From an uncultured Lachnospiraceae bacterium (lineage in GTDB: Bacteria; Bacillota; Clostridia; Christensenellales; Pumilibacteraceae): a stretch of 64,000 nt of DNA. The notes below the pieces were generated by a model that was given only the letters and a program-made list of their open reading frames with translations, made no database searches and was not told the origin of the DNA. The stretch is from NCBI GenBank assembly GCA_964591125.1, contig CAZQAC010000001.1, positions 24,674 through 88,673 on the forward strand, given 5' to 3'. This document shows positions 25,792-36,700 of the stretch, in pieces. Each line of letters starts with the position of its first letter. Positions within the stretch are counted from its first letter, which is position 1. Position numbers and translations under genes: made by a program.

Positions 25792-26904
25792 ATGAACATA
25801 TTGATTTTAAGCTGCTCTACGGGAGAAGGACACAACAGCGCGGCTTACGCTCTGAAAGAAGCGTTTGAACGTTACGGAGCAAACTGTTCGGTTGTCGATC
25901 CGATTTCTTTCAAAAGCGCCAAATCGAGAAAAACGGTATCGAATTTATACAACGGATTAATTCGCAAATCGCCAAAAGCTTTCGGCATGGTTTATAAAGT
26001 AGGTTCGATATACAGTAAAACGGGAATTTTATCGCCTGTTTATTTATACAACGCAAGCTATTCGAAAAAATTAACCGACTATATAATCGAAACCCAAACA
26101 GACGCGGTCGTTTGCACTCACCTATACGGAATGGAAGCGATGCATGCCGCAAAAAAACGCCACGGAAACACAACTCCGACTTTCGGAGTTTTTACCGATT
26201 ACACTTGTATTCCTTTCATAAAAGAATCGCGATGCGATAAATATTTCGTGCCTCACGAATGTATAAAAACCCAATTGGCAAATTCCGGCGTAGACGAAAA
26301 CATCATTGAAGCAAGCGGGATTCCCGTGTCCGAAAAATTTCGCGAACATACGGACAAGCTTAGCGCAAGAAAAATTTTAAACATTCCAGAAAACAAAAAG
26401 ATTTATTTGTTAATGTCGGGCGGAGTCGGTTGCGAAAACATATTACAACTATGCGAAAAACTTTCGAAGGACGCGCGCGATTGTTCGGTTTACGTCATCA
26501 CCGGACACAATAATGCTTTATGCGACAAAATTAAAGAAAATTTTCCGAATTCCAATCTAGTCCCCGTTCGTTTTACGGATAAAATTAATCTTTACATGCG
26601 AGCGGCAGACGTTATGATATCCAAAGCGGGCGGATTATCCAGCACGGAAGCGGCAGTCGCGAACGTCCCCCTTATTCATTTTAATTCTATACCGGGCTGC
26701 GAAAGCAAAAATACCGAATTCTTTTCTCGAAACAATTTATCGATAAGCGCTAAAAACGACGAAGAAGTAGTTTCTTTCGCCTATCTGTTATCGCACAATC
26801 AATCGACGGCAGAAAATATGATCAAAAATCAAAAAAGATTAATCAACGCATATGCGGCGGAACAAATCGTCGAATCCGTATTAAAGGATATATCGAAATG
26901 CTGA
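25792..26904 (+). CDS. MGDG-synthase/GT28-like glycolipid glycosyltransferase (UgtP-like)
   Basis: N-terminal MNILILSCSTGEGHNSAA motif is typical of diacylglycerol glycosyltransferases. The C-terminal GT28-like half contains KAGGLSSTEA. Confidence 0.75.
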   Translation: MNILILSCSTGEGHNSAAYALKEAFERYGANCSVVDPISFKSAKSRKTVSNLYNGLIRKSPKAFGMVYKVGSIYSKTGILSPVYLYNASYSKKLTDYIIETQTDAVVCTHLYGMEAMHAAKKRHGNTTPTFGVFTDYTCIPFIKESRCDKYFVPHECIKTQLANSGVDENIIEASGIPVSEKFREHTDKLSARKILNIPENKKIYLLMSGGVGCENILQLCEKLSKDARDCSVYVITGHNNALCDKIKENFPNSNLVPVRFTDKINLYMRAADVMISKAGGLSSTEAAVANVPLIHFNSIPGCESKNTEFFSRNNLSISAKNDEEVVSFAYLLSHNQSTAENMIKNQKRLINAYAAEQIVESVLKDISKC

Positions 26905-27482
26905 AATTTTTATTTTTTTCGTTAATAGGTTATCTTTGCGGCTCAATGTTGTTCTGTCAATGGGTACCAGAAAAATTCATGAAAAAAGATATATGTTCGT
27001 TAAGTGACGACGGGAATCCCGGCGCGTCGAACGTATTTATCAATTGCGGCGTTCCGATGGGCATGCTGTGTCTTATCCTCGACATGTTAAAAGGTTTACT
27101 GCCGATCGCATTGGCGTTAAAATATCTTGATTGGCGTAACATCGCGTTTGCCCTGACGTTATCGGCACCCGTATTCGGACACGCTTTTTCTTTGTATCAC
27201 AAATTTAGAGGCGGAAAATGTATAGCTACGGGGTTCGGCGTCATGATCGGACTGTTTCCGGTAACTTATACGGGTTTTATTTTGGCAGGACTCTATATTA
27301 TGTTTTCCACCGTAATCAAAATTAACCCACATAGAATGAGAAGCATCTGCGCATACGCGTTGTTCGCTCTCATTGCTACTCCGATATTGATAATCGAACG
27401 AAAAACAGCAATAGCGCTCGGCTTTTTGTTAATAGACGCAATAGCCGTTTATAAACACGTCAAAGCTCCTCGCCAGTCATGA
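26898..27482 (+). CDS. plsY: Glycerol-3-phosphate acyltransferase PlsY
   Basis: 194-aa membrane protein with DGNPGASNV (compare the PlsY motif GSGN.GATN) and HAFS..HKFRGGK. Overlaps the upstream gene by 7 nt. Confidence 0.85.
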   Translation: MLKFLFFSLIGYLCGSMLFCQWVPEKFMKKDICSLSDDGNPGASNVFINCGVPMGMLCLILDMLKGLLPIALALKYLDWRNIAFALTLSAPVFGHAFSLYHKFRGGKCIATGFGVMIGLFPVTYTGFILAGLYIMFSTVIKINPHRMRSICAYALFALIATPILIIERKTAIALGFLLIDAIAVYKHVKAPRQS

Positions 27483-27647
27483 TTTCCGACGTTTTTAACC
27501 GTTTTTATAACGCAAACTCATAAACACCGAAATTTTACAGCCGCGAATAACGGTTTTTTATTTTGAAAACTTTAAGATTTTTCGCTTAACCGCACCGATC
27601 TCAATATACCTAAAAGCATGATTTTTCAAAACGCAGCTTATGGAAGA

Positions 27648-27689
27648 ACAAATAAAAACGCAGACTCTTTATCCGAAATAAGAATCTGC
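27648..27689 (-). terminator. Rho-independent terminator downstream of the ThuA-like gene
   Basis: gcagactctt (27660-27669) pairs with aagaatctgc (27680-27689) with one mismatch. On the minus strand it is followed by GTTTTTATTT. Confidence 0.6.
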
Positions 27690-27717
27690 GCAATTATTTA
27701 ATTTAACCGACTACTCG

Positions 27718-28455
27718 TTAATCTTTAATGACAATCTCGCCTTCAGGCGGATTCGGTCTGTGATCGGGAGCGTAATCGGAAATACGAACGACCGGTTTTA
27801 AGTATTCGACGGCGTTTTTCATAATGAGCTGAACTTCCTTTTGTTTGTAAGTAGGATTGGTTTCGTGTCCGCAACGCAAGAAAAACACCTTACCTCTGCC
27901 ACGCTGCCAAACGCAACCGCTACGCATAACTTCTCCGCCTTGGAACCAACTGATAAAAACCAGCTCGTCGGGAGTCGGTATATCGAATTTTTCGCCGTAC
28001 ATTTCTTCGTGCGGTATTTCGAAATACGGTTCCAGTCCTTGTGCTATAGGATGAGTATCGTCTATAACCCAAATACGTTCTTTCTCATTGATTTCGCGCC
28101 AAATAAGATTACAAGACGTTCCCATAAGTCTGCGGAACGGCTTCGAATGATGCGCCGAATGTAAAACCGTTAATCCCATGCCTTTATTGACTTTATCGGC
28201 AACCATAGCGGCAGTTTCGTCCGATATGTGCTGATGATACCAATGTCCCCACCAAACGAGAACGTCGGTATTATCCAAAAGTTCGCTCGTAAGTTCTTTG
28301 GCATGACGTTTATCGTCATAAGTAATAAGCGTAGTTTCGTGTCCGAAACTTTCGTAAAGACTTTTTAAATAATTTCCGAGTCCTTCAGGATAAGCCTTAA
28401 CGCCTTCTTCGCCGGACATACTCGCATTATATTCGCAAACAACAGTTACTTTCAT
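27718..28455 (-). CDS. ThuA-like (trehalose-utilisation-like) domain protein
   Basis: 245 aa. The MKVTVV...YPEG...VLVWWGH pattern is typical of ThuA-domain proteins. Confidence 0.7.
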   Translation of the reverse strand: MKVTVVCEYNASMSGEEGVKAYPEGLGNYLKSLYESFGHETTLITYDDKRHAKELTSELLDNTDVLVWWGHWYHQHISDETAAMVADKVNKGMGLTVLHSAHHSKPFRRLMGTSCNLIWREINEKERIWVIDDTHPIAQGLEPYFEIPHEEMYGEKFDIPTPDELVFISWFQGGEVMRSGCVWQRGRGKVFFLRCGHETNPTYKQKEVQLIMKNAVEYLKPVVRISDYAPDHRPNPPEGEIVIKD

Positions 28456-28457
28456 AA

Positions 28458-29546
28458 TCAGTCCTCAAAATAGAAAGGTTTGCCTGTTTCGTGAGATTTA
28501 TAAATACCCTCGAGAATTCTAGTAACGCATGCAGCTTGTTCGGGCTTAACGTTCAATTCCGCTCCGTCAAGAATAGCCGCGGTAAAGTTAGCGGCTTCGA
28601 GATCGGCAGGTTCCTTTCCGCCTGCGCCGTCGAAGAACGCTACGCCGCCCGCTTTGAAATCAGGCTTAAGCATATACTGTCTTCCATCCATAACTCCGTT
28701 AATGCGCAAACCGTCGAGCATGTCCGCTCCGGCTTTATCTCCGCAAATGGTGGTAATTGCTTCTCTCGGATCGGCAATATTAAGCGCCCAGCTGCTCTTC
28801 AAATAAATTACCGCGCCGTTTTTCATTACGATAAAACCGAAAGCAGCGTCTTCCGCCGTAAATTTATCTACGTCCCAATCGCCCCAAGCATTACCCGTTT
28901 CGGTGTTTTTATTGAGTTTATGGAAAGTCTTTCCTACGCAATAAGCCGGTTCGTAGTTATTCATCATATGGAGAGTCAAATCGAGAGCGTGCGTTCCGAT
29001 ATCGATAAGCGGACCGCCGCCTTGCTTTTCTTCGTCGATGAACACGCCCCAGGTCGGAACGGCTCTTCTTCTGATTGCAATAGCTTCGGCGTAATATATA
29101 TCTCCGAAAAGACCTTTATCCGCTTCTTTTTTCATATACATACTGTCGTCGCGCCATCTGCTCTGATAACCGACCGTCAAAACTTTATTGTTTTTCTTAG
29201 CGGCGTCGAGCATCTGCAAAGCTTCTTCATAAGTCGTAGCCATAGGCTTCTCGCAAAGAACGTGCTTACCTGCGTTAAGCGCGGCAACCGTAATCTCGCA
29301 ATGCGCTTTATTGTGCGTAAGAACCAATACCGCGTCGATACTTTCGTCTTTAAGCAATTCCTTGTAATCTACATATACCTTGCTGTTTTCAGTACCGAAA
29401 TCTTTTTTAGCTTTCTCTGCGCGTTCTACGATAATATCGCAAAACGCAACCATTTCAGCTCTCGGATTTTTCTTTTCGGCGGGCATATGTTTACCGTTTG
29501 CGATTCCGCCGCAACCGATAACTCCGATTTTAATCTTCTTTTCCAT
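28458..29546 (-). CDS. Gfo/Idh/MocA family oxidoreductase
   Basis: N-terminal Rossmann motif IGVIGCGGIA. EKP motif (VLCEKPMA). Confidence 0.88.
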   Translation of the reverse strand: MEKKIKIGVIGCGGIANGKHMPAEKKNPRAEMVAFCDIIVERAEKAKKDFGTENSKVYVDYKELLKDESIDAVLVLTHNKAHCEITVAALNAGKHVLCEKPMATTYEEALQMLDAAKKNNKVLTVGYQSRWRDDSMYMKKEADKGLFGDIYYAEAIAIRRRAVPTWGVFIDEEKQGGGPLIDIGTHALDLTLHMMNNYEPAYCVGKTFHKLNKNTETGNAWGDWDVDKFTAEDAAFGFIVMKNGAVIYLKSSWALNIADPREAITTICGDKAGADMLDGLRINGVMDGRQYMLKPDFKAGGVAFFDGAGGKEPADLEAANFTAAILDGAELNVKPEQAACVTRILEGIYKSHETGKPFYFED

Positions 29547-29566
29547 TTTAAATTCTCCTGTAACTA

Positions 29567-30292
29567 TTATTTAAGCTCCGAAAACTTTTTCATGTTCTCG
29601 TAACTGCGTTTCAAATATTCTGCCGGCTCGCACGGGAAACCTTCTACTTCCAAAATAGCCAAATTTATTCCCATCTGATTGCCGAGTTTGAAAACTTTAT
29701 CGAATCCTACGCAACCTTCGCCTACGACGGGATTGATAAGCAAATCATCGGAATTGAGTTCTTTTATGTGCAAGCAACTCAATCTGTCGGAATATTTTTT
29801 CATCATTTCGACCGGTTCGAGACCTGCTCTCTTTACCCAATACGTATCGATTTCGCTGTGGAAATCAACCGTTTTATCAAGTAATTCACGGATAAGATCG
29901 TTGCCGCCTTCGTATTCATGCGCATGATTGTGGTAACCGAACACAACTCCTCTCTTATCGAGTTCGGGCTTAATTTTGTTGATTTTTTCTACTATTTCAT
30001 CCATTTTATTTTGCAAATCTTCTTTGCTTACCCAAGGGATATAAACGGATTTTATGCCTATTGTATCGATATAATCAAGTTGCTCCATAATAGCGTCGAT
30101 GCCGATATGTGCGGAAATACCCTCGAGATTGTATTTATCCAAAAGGTTCTTCATTTCCTGCGGCGTAAGTCCGTAAAACCCTGCGAATTCGACGCAGTCG
30201 AAACCTGCTTCCGCTACCATCTTAAATACTTCTTCGACGCCCATTTCTTTTATTTGATTGCGCAAAGAATAAAGCTGAACACCTATTTTCAT
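29567..30292 (-). CDS. Sugar phosphate isomerase/epimerase (xylose isomerase-like TIM barrel)
   Basis: Start at ATG 30292 (MKIGVQLYSL, RBS GAGG) within ORF 29567..30349. Family-typical YHNH and LE.E patterns. Confidence 0.8.
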   Translation of the reverse strand: MKIGVQLYSLRNQIKEMGVEEVFKMVAEAGFDCVEFAGFYGLTPQEMKNLLDKYNLEGISAHIGIDAIMEQLDYIDTIGIKSVYIPWVSKEDLQNKMDEIVEKINKIKPELDKRGVVFGYHNHAHEYEGGNDLIRELLDKTVDFHSEIDTYWVKRAGLEPVEMMKKYSDRLSCLHIKELNSDDLLINPVVGEGCVGFDKVFKLGNQMGINLAILEVEGFPCEPAEYLKRSYENMKKFSELK

Positions 30293-30356
30293 AATTCTTA
30301 CCTCATTTAAATTTAATTTTAATAGTCTGCGTTTTTTTGCTCTTAACAAACTTTAA

Positions 30357-31325
30357 TTATGCCCACCACATTTCGCCGGCTTTGCCTTCGATAATCATTC
30401 CCTTCAAATAATCGATCGCTTTTTCCAATCCTTCCAACGGCGCCATCAAGCTGTCTTCGTGCTCGATCGAAATGCTGTCGTCGTATCCGACAACTTTAAG
30501 CGCGGAAATGATGCGTTTCCAATTATCCGTACCGTATCCCATCGTACGGAATACCCAAGAACGATTCGCGACGTCACCGTAATGTTTCGTATCCAACACG
30601 CCGTTCTTACGAACGTTGCTCATATTCATTTCGGTATCTTTCGCATGGAAATAATAAATCGCGTCGCCGAGATAATAAATGACGTCTACGATATCCATTC
30701 CCTGCCAGATCAAATGAGAAGGATCGAGATTTGCTCCGATCATAGGACCTACGGCAGCGCGTAATTTCAACAAAGTTTCGGGATTGTAAACGCAAAAACC
30801 GGGATGCATTTCGAGCGCGATTTTTTCGACACCGTGTTTAGCAGCGAATTTAACTGCGTCTTTCCAATAGGGGATAAGAACATCGTTCCATTGATAATCG
30901 AGTATATCCAGATATTCCGGCGGCCACGCACAAGTAACCCAGTTCGGTTGCTGTGCCGCGGGATCGCTTCCGGGACAACCCGAAAAAGTTACGATACGCT
31001 TAATTCCGATTTGACCGGCAAGAATACAAGCCGCTTCGAAATCTTCTTCGAATTTAGCCGCGATTTCCTTATTCGGATGCACGCAGTTACCGTGAACCGC
31101 TATTGCCGAAATAGTCGAATCGTACTTCTTGAACGTTTCGAGAAGCGCGGTTCTGCCCGCTTCGTCATGAATAAGCTTTTTTGCGTCGGCATGAACCGTT
31201 CCGGGATAACCGCCTACGCCGAGGTCGAGTTGATGAACTCCGTGTTCAGCCAAAAATTTCAAGCTCTCGTCAAGAGTCATTCCGCCGAAAACTCCGTTTA
31301 CAACACTTAATTGCATAATTTTCAC
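30357..31325 (-). CDS. Sugar phosphate isomerase/epimerase (xylose isomerase-like TIM barrel)
   Basis: 322 aa. Contains IALEMHPG, HAKD and SIEHED motifs typical of the AP-endonuclease-2/xylose-isomerase-like fold. Confidence 0.8.
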   Translation of the reverse strand: MKIMQLSVVNGVFGGMTLDESLKFLAEHGVHQLDLGVGGYPGTVHADAKKLIHDEAGRTALLETFKKYDSTISAIAVHGNCVHPNKEIAAKFEEDFEAACILAGQIGIKRIVTFSGCPGSDPAAQQPNWVTCAWPPEYLDILDYQWNDVLIPYWKDAVKFAAKHGVEKIALEMHPGFCVYNPETLLKLRAAVGPMIGANLDPSHLIWQGMDIVDVIYYLGDAIYYFHAKDTEMNMSNVRKNGVLDTKHYGDVANRSWVFRTMGYGTDNWKRIISALKVVGYDDSISIEHEDSLMAPLEGLEKAIDYLKGMIIEGKAGEMWWA

Positions 31326-31353
31326 TCCTTAAAATTTATTAATTAAACTATCG

Positions 31354-32424
31354 TCAGATAATTTTTTCGATAACCTTATTGGTAAGCGCGCTTTCCTTAG
31401 CCGCTTCCATAACCGCAAACACTCTCAAAACCTGCTCTTGCGTAACGATTGTGTCGTCGCCTTTGATTACAGCGTCCATAAAATTGCGGTAATAAGCGTT
31501 TTTATCGCCTCTTACGATTTCGATAGGCGTTTCGACGTAAGTTTCGGCACGTCTTGCCGCCATGGTCTTGGTAAAACCGTTTCCTGCGTTCACGCCTTCG
31601 AGCTTATCGTCCACTCTCTGAGTGACGCGAATAACTCTGCCCTCAACGTTATCGCGACGCCAATTGGTAACGGTCCCCGTTCCGTCCATGCCGTAAATCT
31701 GCCAACGCGGAAGTTCGATAAAGCTGTTGGTGTCGACGATTATACGGTATTCCAAACCGCTTTCGAACTTAATCAGCAAATCGAATCCGTCGTCCACGTC
31801 CTCTCCCAAAACATACGAATAATTACAATAAACGGAAATAATCCGTTCGTCGATCATCTGCAAAGCTTGGTCTATCAAGTGAACGCCCCAATCGAGCATC
31901 ATTCCGCCGCCGCGCTTGGCTTCTTTTCTCCATGCTCCCGGAATACCGTTACTGCCCATGACTCTGCTTTCGATGCGGTAAACCTTGCCGATCGAACCGT
32001 TGTCGTAAATATTTTTTATCGAAAGATAATCGTCGTCCCAACGTCTGTTTTGATGAACGGCAAAAACCTTTCCGTATCTTTTTGCCGCGGCATACATTTC
32101 TTTTACTTCTTCGGAATCCATCGCCATAGGCTTTTCGACGATAACGTTTTTACCGCGCGACAAAGCTTCTATAACGTATTCTTTGTGCAAATCGTTGGGA
32201 GTTGCGACCAAAACGATTTTAATGTCGTCGTCGGAATAAATTTCCTCGGCGCTGTTAAAACAATGCAAACCGAGTTCGGTAGCGAACGCTCTTCTCTCTT
32301 CGCTAATATCGTAAATGCCCGCAATTTCCAACTTTTCGGGATAATCGCTGTCGTTCAATCTTTGAATAATATATTTTTTATGGTTGTTTCCCATTCCGCC
32401 GTAGCCGATAATAGCAATTTTCAT
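31354..32424 (-). CDS. Gfo/Idh/MocA family oxidoreductase
   Basis: MKIAIIGYGGMG Rossmann start. VIVEKPMA motif. Confidence 0.88.
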   Translation of the reverse strand: MKIAIIGYGGMGNNHKKYIIQRLNDSDYPEKLEIAGIYDISEERRAFATELGLHCFNSAEEIYSDDDIKIVLVATPNDLHKEYVIEALSRGKNVIVEKPMAMDSEEVKEMYAAAKRYGKVFAVHQNRRWDDDYLSIKNIYDNGSIGKVYRIESRVMGSNGIPGAWRKEAKRGGGMMLDWGVHLIDQALQMIDERIISVYCNYSYVLGEDVDDGFDLLIKFESGLEYRIIVDTNSFIELPRWQIYGMDGTGTVTNWRRDNVEGRVIRVTQRVDDKLEGVNAGNGFTKTMAARRAETYVETPIEIVRGDKNAYYRNFMDAVIKGDDTIVTQEQVLRVFAVMEAAKESALTNKVIEKII

Positions 32425-32555
32425 TTTCTATCTCCTTTATGGCTCGAAGCCGTTGACTTTTGTATTGGTTAATGATATAATAACATTAAATATTGATAAT
32501 TTCCTATCATATATAGCTTAATTTATCCCAAATAGTGACATAGTAGGCAAAAAGC

Positions 32556-33350
32556 ATGAAAAACATAACATACGAGAGTTTTACGGATAAAAATATCGAT
32601 TTAAGAATTTTTAAAAGCCATAACACGTACAGCCCGTTACATTTCCACCGAAGTTTCGAAATGATATACGTTTTGAACGGAAGAATTCGCACGACGGTCG
32701 GCAATACGGAATTCGACGCGGAAACGGACGACATTATCTTCGTGCAAAAATACTATCCGCACGCCTATCAAGATATAGAAGATTACGACAAATACGTGCT
32801 TATAATTCCGCCCGATTTGTACAACGATTTCGAAAAAAATCTCGAACAAAATACGCTGCCGTCAGTCATGACGGATAAAATTTTTAATCGAGAGCTGCTA
32901 CCGACAATAGAAAAATTGTGCGAAAAACATGAAGAAAAATCCATTCTGATAAAAAAAGGTTACGTAAACGTCATTATCGGCGAACTTATCTCGCATTATC
33001 CGTTAGAACCGATTATAAAAAACAACAACGTCGAACTGCTCGTAAAAATATTGGACTATATCGACGAGAATTATTACAAAGAATTATCGCTTGACTCGAT
33101 ATCCGCACAATTCGGTTATAATAAATATTATTTTTCGAAATTATTCAACCGGTTTATCGGGCAAAATATAAATAGTTATATAAATATCGTTCGTCTGCAG
33201 CAAATGATGAAAAAAGCCAAGCAAAGCGACAAAATCAATATAACCGAGCTTGCTTACGAATGTGGCTTTGACAGCTTGTCCACTTTTTATCGTTATTTCA
33301 ATAAAGTTTACGGAATCAGTCCCAAAAATGTTTTAAGTTCGCAAAAATAA
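32556..33350 (+). CDS. AraC-family transcriptional regulator
   Basis: N-terminal cupin-like sensor and a C-terminal double HTH (ITELAYECGFDSLSTFYRYFNKVYGISP). Divergent from the sugar cluster. Confidence 0.88.
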   Translation: MKNITYESFTDKNIDLRIFKSHNTYSPLHFHRSFEMIYVLNGRIRTTVGNTEFDAETDDIIFVQKYYPHAYQDIEDYDKYVLIIPPDLYNDFEKNLEQNTLPSVMTDKIFNRELLPTIEKLCEKHEEKSILIKKGYVNVIIGELISHYPLEPIIKNNNVELLVKILDYIDENYYKELSLDSISAQFGYNKYYFSKLFNRFIGQNINSYINIVRLQQMMKKAKQSDKINITELAYECGFDSLSTFYRYFNKVYGISPKNVLSSQK

Positions 33351-33703
33351 TCGAATTGATTTATTTTTGATCAAAATTTCTCACAAGTTTTAATATTTAC
33401 GGCTCAAAGGTTTGTAATTTACTTGCCTTTGAGTTTTTTGTTTGCTTTTTAATCGACAATGTCATAAAAAATCCGAAAATTCTTGCTCGTTTTTATTGAA
33501 AAATTTCTAAAAAACGCTTAATGTATAAGCAAATAGAAGAAAAAGGTTAGACGTTTAAGACGGACGAAGAAGGAAACAATCTCCGGAAAGGTTCAAGAGT
33601 ATCTATCGAATACTTTGACCTTATAGATAAACAAACGAGAAAGAGATTGGATATTATGAAATACTCAAAAGTCTTTCGCTTGCTATTTTTGAAAAAATAA
33701 GCA

Positions 33704-33750
33704 AACACCTCGTAAGGAGAATAATCGTCCCGTACGAGGTGTTTTATTGT
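33704..33750. terminator. Bidirectional rho-independent terminator
   Basis: aacacctcgta (33704-33714) pairs with tacgaggtgtt (33733-33743). T-run TTTTATT follows on the + strand and TTGCTTATTTTTT follows on the - strand. It lies 57 nt downstream of the 1829-aa gene. Confidence 0.7.
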
Positions 33751-33799
33751 CGAATCGTCGGAAAAGAATTGCTAACGCAAATCAATCCGCCCGTTCAAA

Positions 33800-36700
33800 T
33801 TATTCGTTTGTTTCTCTGTCGGTGATATTGAACCAGAGATCGGAGAACTTAACTGCGTCGAAGTTTATTATTTCGTTATCTCTTCTTGCCGAAGGTCCGA
33901 AGTAGCAAGGCTGATCGAGCTTATACAACGTATTGAGATAATCCTTTCCCGATCCTACCTGTGCACCAACATCGATGTTATAACGATCGTAAATGTTGAG
34001 GTTCTCAAAGCAGCATACCCATTCGTCCGAACTCCAAAGCTGATCTTGGTTGTAAGCTCTGTACTTGTTAGAGCCCTTGATCCACATGCTCAAGTTGTAA
34101 CCGTCGATCTTGAACTTGAACGTAATGTTCGTGTATGCCTGATTCCAATATATACCTACAGCACCGAGTTGTTCTTGACCGCGAGTATCCTGTCCGGGGA
34201 TAAAACCGCCCTTCCAAAGTTCCCGAGCCGAATCGCTTGCACTAAGTCTCGAATCGTAATCGTTCTTAGCAATAAAGAAGATTTGATCGCCGCTGTTGCC
34301 GCCGGTGTAAACCATTCTGCCCACGTTGCCGTCGTTACTCTTTACGAATATTCCGTAGAACGGATATTTCGAGTTGGATAAGTTACCCTTAAGCGTATAA
34401 CCGAATTCTACAATCTGCTCATTCGGAACAAAAGTCATGTTGAACGCCGATTCCTGAGTACTACCGCTGTACGGCGAGGAAAGAACGCCGTCTTTGTACT
34501 GCAATCCGTCGCCAGCAACCTTAACGAACATATCCTGATCGAACTGATTAAGAACAACGTTTTCGGTAGCGGCAGCGGTCAACTCGATTTCTTTTTCGAA
34601 ACAAAGTTTGCCGTTTGAATATTTAGCGGTGTATTTGCCTGCAGGAGCAGAAACGGTATAGTTGCCGTTTTGAATAAATCCTACGAACTTGCCGTTTTCG
34701 CCCGTCAAAGTTACGGAACCTTCGTTAGCGTTCAAAAGACTTGCATACTGTTCGGTAACGGTAACCGTTCCGGTAAGAGCCAACAAATCGGATTCTTTTA
34801 CGGTCGTAACAACAACGTCCGAAGAAAGCGTACCGAATACTTTTGCGTCGACCGAAGCGGTCTTAGCTGCGGCAACTTGGTATTTAGAAGCGCCGATAGT
34901 AATCGAAGTTACAAGATATCCTTCGCCTGCGGTAGCGGTTAAGGCAACTTCTTCGCCGTTCTTAGCCGTCGTCTTGCTTGTCGTAACGGTAGCGTTTTTG
35001 CTTGCATTAGCTACGTCTACGGAGATACTCGTCGATTCGTCGTATTTCCAATTCTTAATCGTATAGCTGATGTTAGCAGCGTCTTCATTACTTCTCGAGC
35101 TGTTGTACATCTTGAAGTAAACCACGCCGTCTTCCGAAAGTTTCTGTTCGTTGCATCCGGCATAAATCCATTCCGCGTCGTCATGATACTTAGCGTACTT
35201 AGAAATCTTCTTGCCTTCTCTTACGAGCATGAAGTCAACCGCTCTTACGTCGCCGACCGACCACTGCATCTTAAGTCCGCCCATCATACCGTATGCGGCT
35301 TCGCTATCGCTCCAACCGTCAAACGGATTATTATCGCCGCCGGAAATATCGTCGAATTTACCGCCGTTGCTGTTCATACCGACGTTAACGGTGTTATCGG
35401 AAGTTCCGACATACCAACGCCAATACATATCCTGATCGTAATAAGTACCGTTTGTCGCATGGCTGATGTTTTCATCGAAGTCGATGGTAAAGCTCCAAAC
35501 CGCGTTGGTCGCGATAGGCTGAGCCCAAGCGATCGTCTGGTTGAATTTGCTGACTTTGATTTCGAGATCGTCGTACGGATTAACCGATTTATCATAATCG
35601 AACTCTACAGCCGCGCTAGTCGTCTTTTCGCCGATGCCGAATCCGGTCAATTCTTCGCCGTTGAAGCCGTAACGCAAATTGCCTTCGTCCAAATCGGTAG
35701 TGTCTGCGGTAAGCTCGAGCTCGACTTCCTGAGTGAACGCTCCGACCGCGCTTACGGTAAGAGTATATTTACCGGGTTCGAGTTCTATCGACCAACTGCC
35801 GTCTGCAGCCGTTTCGGTAGCGAACTGAACGCCTTTTTCGTTAGTGAACGTAACAGACGCGGTTTTTTCGAAAATGAACTTACCGTGATAAGTTGCGGTT
35901 ACGCTGACGTCTTCGGTTGTAACGTTAACGGTATGATTGCCTACTTGCCACATTGCAGGCAAATTGTAAGTAAACTTACCGTTTACAAGCGAACCGTCGC
36001 TCATAACGTTTTTGCCGTCGTAAGTAACTGCCGAAATTGCCTTGCCTTTAACGGTAGAAACGGTAAGAACGCCGTTTTCGATCGTGGCGGTTGCGCCTTC
36101 GCCTGCCGTTACTGTTACGTTATCCTGCTTTTCGTTGTCGAGTTCTGCGATATAGAAATCGGAGAAAGTCATGTTGGGACAAACGTTACTCGTTTCGACA
36201 ATAGCAACAGCAACTTTGCCGCTTAAGTCTCCGTGACTCGGCATTTTGCCTTCGTAATACAAATACCATTTATCGGGATCGGGGAATTGCTGATTCTTTA
36301 CATAGAACTTAACGTTGCCGTTATCGTATTCCATTGCGATATAAATCTTACCCGCTCCGACAATCTTGTCTGCGTTTCCGTTCCAATCGTATCCGGGAGC
36401 GTCCTTGGCTGTGCCGCTGCCCCATCCGCTTATTAACGTAGAGCTATATTTGTTTCCATAAAGACCTATCATTCCAATATTACCGGCTGCGTCTGCAACG
36501 GTAAAGCCGATTCTCGGCCACTTATCATTTATAGTATCGTACTTAAGGGCTGCCATAGCCACGAATTTATCCGAAGCGAAGTTATTATACAAAACGACCG
36601 ATCTTGCCGAATCACCCGCTTTTGCGGTAACGATTTCGTTATCGTTCTCGTCAAGTCCTACGGTATAAGGCTTACTCATCGCACCGTTTACCCAATGCTC

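Noticed and set aside
28491-29603. 370-aa plus-strand ORF covering the whole Gfo/Idh/MocA gene
   Set aside because: This is a shadow ORF antisense to a gene with clear family motifs (GCGGIA, EKP). Its translation is Arg/Phe/Ser-rich and low-complexity, with no RBS and no recognisable motif.
31438-32472. 344-aa plus-strand ORF antisense to the second Gfo/Idh/MocA gene
   Set aside because: Same reasoning. The minus-strand frame has the Rossmann and EKP signatures. The plus-strand frame looks like antisense noise.
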